A stretch of 42,478 nt of DNA, taken from contig JAZNGD010000003.1 of assembly GCA_045576255.1 (NCBI GenBank), forward strand, positions 1 through 42,478. The letters are read 5' to 3'. Source of the DNA: Candidatus Enterousia sp. (GTDB lineage: Bacteria; Pseudomonadota; Alphaproteobacteria; Rs-D84). This document shows positions 17,065 through 26,156 of the stretch, piece by piece (the stretch's first letter is position 1; each line of letters starts with the position of its first letter). The notes under the pieces were generated by a model that saw nothing but the letters and a program-made list of their open reading frames with translations, was not told where the DNA came from and ran no database searches. Both the position numbers and the translations under genes were made by a program.

Positions 17065-18249
17065 TTATTTTTGTTGGTTGATTGCGGCAAACATTGCGTC
17101 TGTGCCTTTTTGAATACTCTCCAGAACCGCGTTGTTCCCGCGTCTTGCATAAACGGAAATTGCCGCAGGTGATTTATCGCCCAAAGCTTTCCCTATCATT
17201 TCATCTGTTGAGCCACTCATTGCTTGATAACTGGCAAATGTTCTGCGTAAATCGTGCATACGCAGGTTTTCTATTCCGGCACGTTTCAAGAAAGCACGCC
17301 AAGCGATTTGTGGGTTTGCCAAATGTCCGCTTTCTGAACGTTCGCTTGGGAATATCCATTCACTGGTTGCGCGTTCTTTCATGTTTGACAGGTAATCTAA
17401 TGCCTGTTGTGAAAGTGGCACCAGTTGCGGTTTTCCTGTTTTTGTTTTTGCGATACTTAAGGTTTTACGTTCAAAACTGATGTCAGACCAGCGAAGTGCT
17501 TGCATATTGCTACGTCGTTGCCCAACAAGCAGACATAGCATTACGAAATCACGAAACCACTTTTGTGGTTCTGCATTCAACGCTTCAATAAAATGTGGAA
17601 ATTCGTCTTCTTTGATATAGCGGTCTCTGGACACTTCTTTAAATAATTTTATACGTGCCGCAGGGTTGGTTGTTGGCAAATCCCAATCAATCGCCTTATA
17701 AAACATTTGTCGCATTAATTTTAACGCACGATTGGCAGAATATACACTGTTCAATTCCAGTTTCAACCTGTTGTGCATACGTTCCATGTCACCACGGGTA
17801 ATGTCAAGCATCTTTCGCCGTTTAATCTCGGACGGAATATACAACCGCATAATCATTTCGTCCATGTTTTGTGATTTTTTGTTTTTTCTTACCAATGAAT
17901 GAGCAGGGTAGTAAAAATCGTCAAAAAATTGTTGTACCGTTACATCTTGACGCAATTTCTTTTTCTCGTCATTTGGGTTTTTACCGTCATTGACGATTTT
18001 CATATTTTCAATCAACAAATCACGTGCGTCTTTAAGGGATGTGTTCTCAGAATCTGCCAAATTAACCCATATCTTGCGTCCATTTACGCGTTTAATCAGA
18101 TAATATATTTTTGTTGTTTCGCCGACACGCACAGCCAGATTTTTGGTTGTTGTATCATAAACGGTATATCTGTCACCTTTGTCGGCAAATGGTAATTCTG
18201 CGATTCTCGCTTCGGTAAAATTGAAATGGGTTTCTTTTGGTCTTGGCAT
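17065..18249 (-). CDS. int: tyrosine site-specific integrase, P4-type (DUF4102-like arm-binding N-domain)
   Basis: N-terminus FADKGDRYTVYDTTTKNLAVRVG. Catalytic residues: GQRRSN (Arg), HDLRRT (His-x-x-Arg) and ISVYARR (Tyr). Confidence 0.93.
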   Translation of the reverse strand: MPRPKETHFNFTEARIAELPFADKGDRYTVYDTTTKNLAVRVGETTKIYYLIKRVNGRKIWVNLADSENTSLKDARDLLIENMKIVNDGKNPNDEKKKLRQDVTVQQFFDDFYYPAHSLVRKNKKSQNMDEMIMRLYIPSEIKRRKMLDITRGDMERMHNRLKLELNSVYSANRALKLMRQMFYKAIDWDLPTTNPAARIKLFKEVSRDRYIKEDEFPHFIEALNAEPQKWFRDFVMLCLLVGQRRSNMQALRWSDISFERKTLSIAKTKTGKPQLVPLSQQALDYLSNMKERATSEWIFPSERSESGHLANPQIAWRAFLKRAGIENLRMHDLRRTFASYQAMSGSTDEMIGKALGDKSPAAISVYARRGNNAVLESIQKGTDAMFAAINQQK

Positions 18250-18268
18250 AACTTGTCCTTTTGTGTTG

Positions 18269-18296
18269 TGGCTACCACGGCTACTGTATGGCTACC
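18269..18296 (+). promoter_or_regulatory. putative integrase arm-type sites, right end (3 x GGCTAC) in the int upstream region
   Basis: TGGCTACC at 18269-18276, GGCTAC at 18279-18284 and TGGCTACC at 18289-18296, with a period of about 10 bp, 20-47 bp upstream of the int start codon. Confidence 0.45.
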
Positions 18297-18419
18297 ATTT
18301 AAGATAAAACTAGACGGTTATGATATAAAACATTATAAAGCTATAAAGCCCAGAAATCAAGGGAAAATATAAAAATAAGTAAAATTTGATAAAACCCAAG
18401 AAAAGTGTAGAGCATAAAA

Positions 18420-18458
18420 TTCGGAGGGCGACGCATTATCCAGTTGTGCTATGGGCAC
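18420..18458 (-). pseudogene. 5' half of the disrupted host tRNA-Arg(CCG), the right island junction
   Basis: The reverse complement reads GTGCCCA-TA-GCAC-AACTGGATA-ATGC-G-TCGCC-CTCCGAA. No 3' half follows it. Its acceptor strand pairs with 11815-11821. Confidence 0.88.
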
Positions 18459-18513
18459 TACGCGATGAATTATAAATAAACGCAAATAAAAAGCAAGAAC
18501 TCTGTTCCAAGAC

Positions 18514-19299
18514 TTATCTTTGTATTGCGTGTTTACATTTGCGTAATTGTTGTAATATCCCCAGCCCAGTCAATATGGCGCGCTGATTTAATTTGTGTTT
18601 TGTAATATCTTGATAGCATTCGATATATTCGACATAGTTATCAGATGGATACGCATACAACGTTTGCAAAACAGAAAAATTTTCATTGCACAACGCGACA
18701 GAATCCAAATCAATCAAAGCGGTTAATTGCATATCATTATTTACCAACAAATTTTTTGGTTGAATATCGTTGTGTGACAATACTTGCTGTCCTTTTGTAG
18801 AAAACATTCGGTATAAGCAACCCTTTATTTTGGTGGTAATCTTTGGCGCAATCTGCATTTTATTATAAGTAAAGATTTCGTATGCGTATTTGCCCCATCC
18901 AAGATCAAGTTTTTTGTGCGGTATTTCAGATATTTCTTTTTGGGCATACATAGTTTGTTTGTATATATCGAAAATTTGTTTCTTTGATATTCCTTGTTGG
19001 ATAAATTCATGTAATGTTTTGTCTGGACAGTATTTATATGTTTCAAAAAAAGCATCACAAAACATATGTGTTTTTATTTTTGGCACTGAAACATCAAGTT
19101 GTCGTAACAATTGGCTGATTTTATAGTTGTGCTGGATAATGTTCATATCGTTAAATTTGCACACAGTTGTACCTTCGTCTGTTTCGGCCAGTAAAACGGT
19201 CCCGACGCGACCGATTACATCGGGCTGTCTGATGTTTTTTGCTTGTGGGTATACACTGCGAATTGCGTCGATATAAAATGTTTGTGGATATTTCTGCAT
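18514..19299 (-). CDS. aminoglycoside/choline-kinase-family phosphotransferase (APH-like)
   Basis: Catalytic loop LSHNDIQPKNLLV and IDLD motif. Confidence 0.7.
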   Translation of the reverse strand: MQKYPQTFYIDAIRSVYPQAKNIRQPDVIGRVGTVLLAETDEGTTVCKFNDMNIIQHNYKISQLLRQLDVSVPKIKTHMFCDAFFETYKYCPDKTLHEFIQQGISKKQIFDIYKQTMYAQKEISEIPHKKLDLGWGKYAYEIFTYNKMQIAPKITTKIKGCLYRMFSTKGQQVLSHNDIQPKNLLVNNDMQLTALIDLDSVALCNENFSVLQTLYAYPSDNYVEYIECYQDITKHKLNQRAILTGLGILQQLRKCKHAIQR

Positions 19300-19305
19300 G
19301 TTAAT

Positions 19306-20377
19306 TTAATTTTGTTGTAAAGACGCCAACATAAAATCGTCCAAATCCCCATCCAATACGGCATCAGAATCTGTTCTTTCGACATTTGTTCGAACATCTT
19401 TTACCAGCTGATACGGGTACAGTACATAATTTCTGATTTGGCTGCCCCATTCGATTTTTTTCTGGGCGGCTTTTGCGGCATTTTCAGCTTCTGCCCGTTT
19501 TTGCAGTTCTAATTCATACAGTTTGCTGCGCAACATTTTCATTGCGGTTTCGCGATTTTGAATTTGGCTGCGTTCGTTTTGGCAAGTGACAACAGTGTTT
19601 GTCGGCAAATGAGTTATACGAACTGCGCTGTCTGTTTTATTGACGTGTTGTCCACCTGCGCCAGACGACCGATAAGTATCAATACGTAAATCCTTTTCAT
19701 TTATTTCTATTTCAATAGTATCATCAATATCTGGCCATACATCAACAGAAGCAAAACTGGTTTGTCTTTTCCCGTTTGCGTTAAAAGGCGAAATTCTGAC
19801 CAATCTGTGTACGCCGATTTCGTTTTTCATCCATCCGTACACCCGTTCACCGGAAATGCGATATGTGACATTTTTAACACCTGCAACATCGCCTTCGTGT
19901 TCTTCGATTACTTCCACAGAAAAATTATGTCGTTCTGCCCACCGCGTATACATACGCGACAGCATTTGCGCCCAATCTTGCGCTTCTGTGCCACCGGCGC
20001 CAGCCTGAATAAACAAGAAAGCGCCATTGTTGTCTGCTGGTTCGCGAAACAGGGTAATAAATTTTGCGCGATGGGCATTTTCTGCCAAGCTTTCAATAGC
20101 AGAAATAATTTCAGGGTCATCCGGCGCAATTTCATATAATTCTGTTAAGTTTTTGTAATCAGATTCTAATTTCAGCAATTCATTCAAGTTTTTTTCAAGA
20201 TTGGATTTTTTTTGCAATACCGTACGTGCGTTTTCTGGGTTGTCCCATAAATCGGGGGCGTTTACTTGGGTATCAAGCTCTAAAATCTGGGATTTCAGTT
20301 TTTCGGGGTCAAAGAAACCCCCTGACGGCGCAAATGTCGTCAAAGATTTGTTGAAAAAATTCGTTTGTTATAGCCAT
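19306..20377 (-). CDS. prfB: peptide chain release factor 2, with programmed +1 frameshift
   Basis: The short frame-0 ORF MAITNEFFQQIFDDICAVRGFL ends at AGGGGG TTT CTT TGA C (20323-20308). The +1 frame continues DPEKLKSQ... and carries the SPF and GGQ motifs. Confidence 0.93.
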
Positions 20378-20476
20378 TTCGATAACAAGAATAACAGTTT
20401 ATTTTATGAAATCAAATGAATGTTTGCGTTTTTTTTTAATATGTGATAATATCTTTTTTAAAGAGAGGGATTTAAT

Positions 20477-21718
20477 ATGAATAAAATTCTGTCATTATTC
20501 AGTTTTATAGGCATTCTTTTCGTTGGAAATCTGGCAACTGTTGCGCCTGCAACTGCGGTTGAAAGTGTGCGTGGTGCGCTTATTCAAACGCCGACTGCAT
20601 CCAATGGTGCGCGTGGAAAGGCCGGCTTGGCAAACGCATACAAAAACAATCAAAGAAACACGTATTTTATGGTGACCCAGCCTGATGTTGATACGGCGTG
20701 TCGGACAAAAATTTATAATTGCTTGGCAAAATATTGTGGTGATGTGACGGTTGTCCCAGGCCAGGTTGATTCCAAGTGTAAATATGCAACAGAAACAGAA
20801 TTATATAATTATGCATTATTGTGTCTGCAAACCGACAACGAAATTTTGTTGCCACAATATGGTGTAAACACAAAGAACGGTTTGAACGGTATGAATACTG
20901 CCGCACGTTTGTGTCCATCTTATGTACAACAGGAATTATTGTCATATTTGTCGATGGCGAATTTGGCAACGCAATTATCAAAGTCTAATTCTGCATTGTG
21001 CTTGCAACGTCGCCAAGAATTAGAAGCTGCCATGGCTTGTCATTCTGTTGCGATGACTTACGGCAACGAAACAGACAGTAAATTAAACGCATATTTGACC
21101 GATTTTTGTGGGGCAGGTGTACCTGGCGGCAGCGCGGAAATGGTCGCCAGATTTGCTAACGCTGGCAATGTTGGGGCAAATATCTGGGGCTGGGCTGAAA
21201 ACATCATTAATTTGAAAATGAACAGCAAAGGCGAAGATTGGCAGGCTGCGGTTGACGCTGTATTGGCGCACTATACGAATCGTATGAATTTGGCTTGTGG
21301 TGATAATCTTCAACTTAACACAACTTCGTCAAACACAACACCTTCTGGAACATCTGCGGTACAAACTGTCATTGGTATGGCAGTTGGTGCATCTTTGCAG
21401 AATGGCAAAACCAACACTAATACAGAAAATCCATATGAAAAACAATCTTTATGGATGGAAGTAATGTCGCGAATAGACGTTTATACATCGGATGAAGCTT
21501 ATCAAGTCGTAAATGCGGCGATTGTAAATCCTGCGACGGTGCAAAACGCTTATTTGACACCTGTTCAAATGGATAATATGCGTAATGCATATATTAATGG
21601 AACAAAAGTTTTTATTTTGCGTGACGGCGCACGTTGTCACATAGTTCCAGTGACGACATTAACAGCCCAGGAAACAACGGCTGTTGCCAATTCTTTTGCA
21701 AGTTGTGTAAGCAAATAA
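20477..21718 (+). CDS. secreted hypothetical protein
   Basis: Signal peptide (..VAPATAVES), multiple Cys residues, GAGGGA RBS region. Confidence 0.6.
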   Translation: MNKILSLFSFIGILFVGNLATVAPATAVESVRGALIQTPTASNGARGKAGLANAYKNNQRNTYFMVTQPDVDTACRTKIYNCLAKYCGDVTVVPGQVDSKCKYATETELYNYALLCLQTDNEILLPQYGVNTKNGLNGMNTAARLCPSYVQQELLSYLSMANLATQLSKSNSALCLQRRQELEAAMACHSVAMTYGNETDSKLNAYLTDFCGAGVPGGSAEMVARFANAGNVGANIWGWAENIINLKMNSKGEDWQAAVDAVLAHYTNRMNLACGDNLQLNTTSSNTTPSGTSAVQTVIGMAVGASLQNGKTNTNTENPYEKQSLWMEVMSRIDVYTSDEAYQVVNAAIVNPATVQNAYLTPVQMDNMRNAYINGTKVFILRDGARCHIVPVTTLTAQETTAVANSFASCVSK

Positions 21719-21787
21719 AATCGCAGCGATTTATTTTTTTATTTGAATCACTTGAATAAAAACCTGATTTTTGATAAAATCTATTTT

Positions 21788-22984
21788 ATGAAATTTAACA
21801 GACGCGAAGTTTTAAAAATATCTGGCTTTTCGGCATTGGCGATGACTTTTTTGCCACGTGTTGCATTTGCTGCGCGCAATTCTTTGCGTTCTTTGCGCAC
21901 AGGGGTTCAGCCTGGGGATAAAACACGTTTGGTTATTGAAACTGCGGCGCGTCCGTCATATACCTTGTCATACCCGACAAATCAGTTGGTTATTCGTTTG
22001 TCGAACACTGGTGCAAATACCGCCATTGTACCCAAGTTGGCGTCTGGGACACTGGTCAAGAACATTACTCAATCGCAAAGCGGTGATTCTTTAACAATAA
22101 TTGCTGATTTAAACAAACCTATATCTGAATTAAAAAAGAATCAAATTATGATATTGGAACCGAATGGCGATAATGATTATCGTCTGGTTCTGGATTTTGT
22201 TCAAGGTACACCGCCATCGGCGGCCAAGACATCTGCTGATAAATATGGCACAACACCGTCATACACAACATCGTCCGCGTCTGCGACGACCGCGATAACC
22301 GCAGCGCGCAAGTATGTTATCGTTATTGATGCAGGACATGGTGGCAAAGACCCTGGGTGTATAGGTAAGGGCGGTACCCGTGAAAAAGATATTGTGTTGT
22401 CTGTCGCTAAAAAGTTAAAGTCTAAACTGGATACAAACGGATTTAAAACTTATTTGACGCGCAACGATGACAAGTATCTTAAATTGGCAGAACGTGCATC
22501 AATTGCCGAAAAACGCAAGGCTGATTTATTTATATCATTACACGCCAACGCGAACCCCAGCCGTAAAATGAAAGGTTTTTCTATTTATACATTATCAGAA
22601 AAAGCATCTGACGAAGAAGCAAAAAAATTGGCCGAAGCTGAACACGCCGCCGATAAAATCGGGGTCGAAGGATTTACCGAATTTGAAGAAAATATTCGTA
22701 TCGCATTATCCGCGTTGCAACAGCATGCCGTCGCGGAAATGAGTGAAGAATACGCCGCCGGCTGTGCAAAATCATTCAAGAAAGCATCTATTGAGCAACA
22801 GCCCGGTCCCGATGTGCGTCATGCGCCATTTGCGGTATTGCGGTCGACGGTGCCTGGGGCATTGTTGGAATTAGGGCATCTGTCTAATGCGGCCGAAGAA
22901 AAACTGTTAAAAACATCATCGCACCAAGATAAATTGGTAAACGCAATTGTTCGTTCTGTGAAAAATTATAATTTTGAAATTTAA
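21788..22984 (+). CDS. amiC: N-acetylmuramoyl-L-alanine amidase with a Tat-like signal and an AMIN-like domain
   Basis: MKFNRREVLKISGFSALAM is Tat-like. Amidase_3 core: VIVIDAGHGGKDPG, LFISLHAN and VLLELGHLSN. The track start at 21743 is TTG, so the ATG at 21788 is preferred. Confidence 0.82.
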   Translation: MKFNRREVLKISGFSALAMTFLPRVAFAARNSLRSLRTGVQPGDKTRLVIETAARPSYTLSYPTNQLVIRLSNTGANTAIVPKLASGTLVKNITQSQSGDSLTIIADLNKPISELKKNQIMILEPNGDNDYRLVLDFVQGTPPSAAKTSADKYGTTPSYTTSSASATTAITAARKYVIVIDAGHGGKDPGCIGKGGTREKDIVLSVAKKLKSKLDTNGFKTYLTRNDDKYLKLAERASIAEKRKADLFISLHANANPSRKMKGFSIYTLSEKASDEEAKKLAEAEHAADKIGVEGFTEFEENIRIALSALQQHAVAEMSEEYAAGCAKSFKKASIEQQPGPDVRHAPFAVLRSTVPGALLELGHLSNAAEEKLLKTSSHQDKLVNAIVRSVKNYNFEI

Positions 22985-23031
22985 AAACACAAAACAATAG
23001 GATGATTTGCCGTAGTTTTTTATAAGATTTC

Positions 23032-23122
23032 TGGCGGAGACGAAGGGATTTGAACCCTTGATACGGGGTTGCCGTATACACGATTTCGAGTCGCGCGCAT
23101 TCAACCGCTCTGCCACGTCTCC
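23032..23122 (-). tRNA. tRNA-Ser(CGA)
   Basis: 91-nt class II tRNA: acceptor GGAGACG/CGTCTCC, anticodon loop CTCGAAA, long variable arm ATACGG-CAACC-CCGTAT, encoded CCA. Confidence 0.9.
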
Positions 23123-23204
23123 GTGTCGGGTATTATAAATGTGTTGGGATTATTTTGCAAGGGTTAATATTTGACTTTTTCTGTGCCTGCGATAAAATTT
23201 ATTT

Positions 23205-23549
23205 ATGCAAAAAACTTTTAATGAACAGGTTTATGATGTTGTCGCGCGTATCCCATATGGACGGGTCGCAACGTTCGGGCAAATCGCACAAATGATTGGG
23301 CGACCGCGTTGCGCACGATTTGTCGGATATGCGTCTAATAATCGCGATTATTGGCATTTGCCTTGGCATCGCGTCGTCTTTAAAGACGGTGTTTTAAATC
23401 CAGGCAACCCAAATGCGCAATATCGTGCACTGCGCGCCGAGGGGGTAAAGTTTAATCCTGATAAAACTGTTGTTATGTCTGATTTTCAGTGGAATCCCCA
23501 GAATGACGGTACGCCGATGGACATACGCGACTTTCCGCTGGTATTTTAA
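23205..23549 (+). CDS. alkyltransferase-like (ATL) protein, an MGMT-fold DNA-binding domain without the catalytic Cys
   Basis: IPYGRVATFGQIA and LPWHRVV, where MGMT has PCHRV. Confidence 0.8.
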   Translation: MQKTFNEQVYDVVARIPYGRVATFGQIAQMIGRPRCARFVGYASNNRDYWHLPWHRVVFKDGVLNPGNPNAQYRALRAEGVKFNPDKTVVMSDFQWNPQNDGTPMDIRDFPLVF

Positions 23550-23748
23550 ACCAGAAAAATACAGGTTTATTGCTGCCCGGTAATTTTTTGATGTCAAAAT
23601 CTGTTTTAAATCGTATCATCTGCACACCAAACATATCAAAAGAATTAAAATTTTGTCACAGGAAGCTTTTCTTGAAAAATAAAACTTTATTCTTGATAAA
23701 ATCTGTTAAGATATGAATAATATAGTGCAAATACATAAGGATATAAAA

Positions 23749-24027
23749 ATGACACGTTCAGATATTGTAAGATCAATACAAGTAAAATTTAAAAATATGC
23801 GCACAAATGATGCCGCCGCGATTCTGGATACTGTGTCAGACCATATTATTGAATCTGTGGCTAACGGCGACAGAATCGAAGTTCGTGGATTTGGTACTTT
23901 TCAACCACGCGCACGTGCAACAAAAATTGGGTACAATCCTTGTACTGGTCAGCCGATGGAATTACCTGCGAACACGACTATTTTATTCAAGCCAAGTCGT
24001 GAATTAACTAAAAAGATGAATGGATAA
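23749..24027 (+). CDS. ihfB: integration host factor beta subunit-like (HU/IHF family)
   Basis: MTRSDIV..., RIEVRGFGTF, YNPCTG..., FKPSRELTKK. AAGGA RBS 7 nt upstream of the ATG at 23749. Confidence 0.78.
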   Translation: MTRSDIVRSIQVKFKNMRTNDAAAILDTVSDHIIESVANGDRIEVRGFGTFQPRARATKIGYNPCTGQPMELPANTTILFKPSRELTKKMNG

Positions 24028-24032
24028 TAATT

Positions 24033-25778
24033 ATGTTGTTTGGTAAAAAATCCGGCATAAAAAACCGTAATCGCGAAAGATATGAACGCGTGCGCAGATT
24101 AATGTGGATTAAATGCGAATCTTGTGGCCGTCTGGTTTATTACAAGGATTACAAAGAAAACAAATATATTTGCCCCAGCTGTGGCCGCGCTTTTATTATG
24201 AGTCCTAAACAGCGATTCGATTTGTTGTTTGACGACAATTCGTGGGTGCGCTTGACGCCACCTGTTGTTTCAGACGACCCATTAAACTTTGAAGACAGAT
24301 TGTCATACAAAGACAGATTGCAAGACGCACGTTCAGAATCTGGTTGTTACGATGCGGTCACGTCGGCTGATGGTACAATTGGTGGTGTGCCTGCGACGAT
24401 ATGTGTTTTAAATGGGTATTTTATGATGGGGTCCATGGGGCGCGCGGCTGGCGATGCAATTATTGCTGCAATAGAACATGCGATTTCAGAAAAACGTGCA
24501 TTTATTATGGTGACTTCCAGTGGCGGCGCACGTATGCAAGAAAATATTTTGTCGCTGATGCAGATGGCGCGTACAACTGCGGCGGTTAATAAACTGCATG
24601 CCAACAAGATACCATATATTGTTTTGTTAACAGACCCAACTTTTGGGGGTGTGACTGCATCTTTTGCGATGTTAGGCGACATTCACATTGCAGAACAAGG
24701 TGCGCGTATTGGTTTTGCAGGCCGTCGTGTTATTGAACAAAATATTCGCGAAAAGTTGCCATCTAATTTTCAAACCGCCGACTACTTATACGAACATGGT
24801 ATGGTTGATATGGTTGTTGCGCGTGCGGATTTACACGATACGATTGCCAAGATTTTGGCTGTTTTGACCAAACAACCTTGTGAACCGAAACAAATTAATG
24901 TTGCAACACCTGTACACGATGCGTCTAAAAAGATACGCGGTATGGGCGAAAACGAAGCATATGACAAGGTTTTATTGGCACGTCATGAAAACAGACCGCA
25001 CTTTTTGGACTATATCAACGGAATTGTTGACAAGTGGACATATCTTGCTGGCGACAGATTATACGCCGAAGATTCTGCAATGGGGTCTGGTATTGGTTTT
25101 TGGCGTGGAATACCGTCTGTCATCATCGGGCAAGAGCAGGGACGTACAATCGAAACACGCCAAAAACATCGTTTCGGTATGCCAAATCCAGACGGCTATC
25201 GCAAGGCCCAGCGTATGATGAAGTTGGCTGAAAAGTTTGAATTGCCATTAATATCATTGTTTGATACTGCGGGTGCGTTTGCTGGTCGCGAAGGCGAAGA
25301 ACGTGGACAATCCCAAGCTGTTGCATCATCAATTGCGATGGGGTTGTCGGTTGCGACACCGTATGTTGCGGTTAATGTCGGTCAAGGTGGTTCTGGTGGG
25401 GCAATTGCGATTGGAACTGGGGACAGGGTACTGATGATGGAAAACGCAATTTATTCTGTTATTGCGCCTGAATCTTGTGCCAGCATTTTATGGCGCGACA
25501 ATAAATTCAAGGCAACCGCAGCGGCAGCTATGAAATTAACTGCGCGCGATATGGCGAACTTGAATGTTATTGACGAAGTCATTCCAGAACCGGCTGGTGG
25601 CGCACATACAGATTGGCAAACATCAATGGAATTGCTGGCAACTGCTGTTGCAAAGCATATTACTGAATTGCAAGAATTGCCAAAATCTGAATTACCATCA
25701 CGTCGTGCGGACAAATTCTTGGCGATGACGCGTGATGTCGAAATATATCAGCCTGAACACGTCGTCGAAGAACACTAA
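24033..25778 (+). CDS. accD/accA: acetyl-CoA carboxylase carboxyltransferase, beta (AccD) and alpha (AccA) fused in one polypeptide
   Basis: N-terminal Zn ribbon CESCG..CPSCG and SGGARMQE/LTDPTFGGVTASFA (AccD). C-terminal half has ARHENRP, FGMPNPDGYRKA, EERGQSQA, GQGGSGGA and EPAGGAH (AccA). Confidence 0.9.
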   Translation: MLFGKKSGIKNRNRERYERVRRLMWIKCESCGRLVYYKDYKENKYICPSCGRAFIMSPKQRFDLLFDDNSWVRLTPPVVSDDPLNFEDRLSYKDRLQDARSESGCYDAVTSADGTIGGVPATICVLNGYFMMGSMGRAAGDAIIAAIEHAISEKRAFIMVTSSGGARMQENILSLMQMARTTAAVNKLHANKIPYIVLLTDPTFGGVTASFAMLGDIHIAEQGARIGFAGRRVIEQNIREKLPSNFQTADYLYEHGMVDMVVARADLHDTIAKILAVLTKQPCEPKQINVATPVHDASKKIRGMGENEAYDKVLLARHENRPHFLDYINGIVDKWTYLAGDRLYAEDSAMGSGIGFWRGIPSVIIGQEQGRTIETRQKHRFGMPNPDGYRKAQRMMKLAEKFELPLISLFDTAGAFAGREGEERGQSQAVASSIAMGLSVATPYVAVNVGQGGSGGAIAIGTGDRVLMMENAIYSVIAPESCASILWRDNKFKATAAAAMKLTARDMANLNVIDEVIPEPAGGAHTDWQTSMELLATAVAKHITELQELPKSELPSRRADKFLAMTRDVEIYQPEHVVEEH

Positions 25779-25800
25779 AATCCCCAATTGGGGATTTTCT
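25778..25800 (+). terminator. intrinsic terminator
   Basis: aaatcccc-aatt-ggggattt hairpin plus a T-run. Confidence 0.75.
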
Positions 25801-26028
25801 TATAGACACAAATTCCGGTTTTTTATATACTGAAATCAGTCAGAGGGATTATTATGAGGCGCAATTGGATGGCGTGGACATAACCGAAGTGCGAACAATT
25901 GCGGACGGGTGTGACGATTATGCGACTGTTGATACGGAGACGGTTGGTTTAGGACTGAGACATTTGGCAGAAAATCTAATAGAACAATTAAAGATGGCAA
26001 TGTGGTGAAAATTTTATAATTTCCCCAC

Positions 26029-26057
26029 TTGCTTTTAATCAGACGATTCTATATAAT
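26029..26057 (+). promoter_or_regulatory. sigma70-type promoter of tRNA-Ser(GCU)
   Basis: TTGCTT, a 17-nt spacer, then TATAAT, ending 11 nt upstream of the tRNA 5' end. Confidence 0.55.
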
Positions 26058-26068
26058 ACCCCCCATAC

Positions 26069-26156
26069 GGAGCGTTGGCAGAGTGGTAATGCAGCAGATT
26101 GCTAATCTGTGACCGAAATTTTTGGTCCATAGGTTCGAGTCCTATACGCTCCGCCA
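26069..26156 (+). tRNA. tRNA-Ser(GCU)
   Basis: 88-nt class II tRNA: acceptor GGAGCGT/ACGCTCC, anticodon loop TTGCTAA, long variable arm GACC..GGTC, T-loop TTCGAGT, encoded CCA. Confidence 0.92.

Larger units (their letters stand above)
11849..18426 (-). mobile_element. 6.57-kb integrative island inserted in the anticodon loop of tRNA-Arg(CCG), with P4-like int/alpA architecture
   Basis: 7-bp direct repeat ttcggag at 11849-11855 and 18420-18426. The complementary tRNA halves sit outside the repeats. Tyrosine integrase at the right end. GGCTAC(C) repeats lie inside both ends. Confidence 0.88.

Noticed and set aside
25855-26010. Relatively GC-richer open frame (..DGVDITEVRTIADGCDDYATVDTETVGLGLRH..) with a DxETxGL-like exonuclease motif
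   Set aside because: It is only about 55 codons, has no start codon or RBS, and rests on a single short motif that could be chance. At most it is a gene remnant, and it cannot be supported without a database search.
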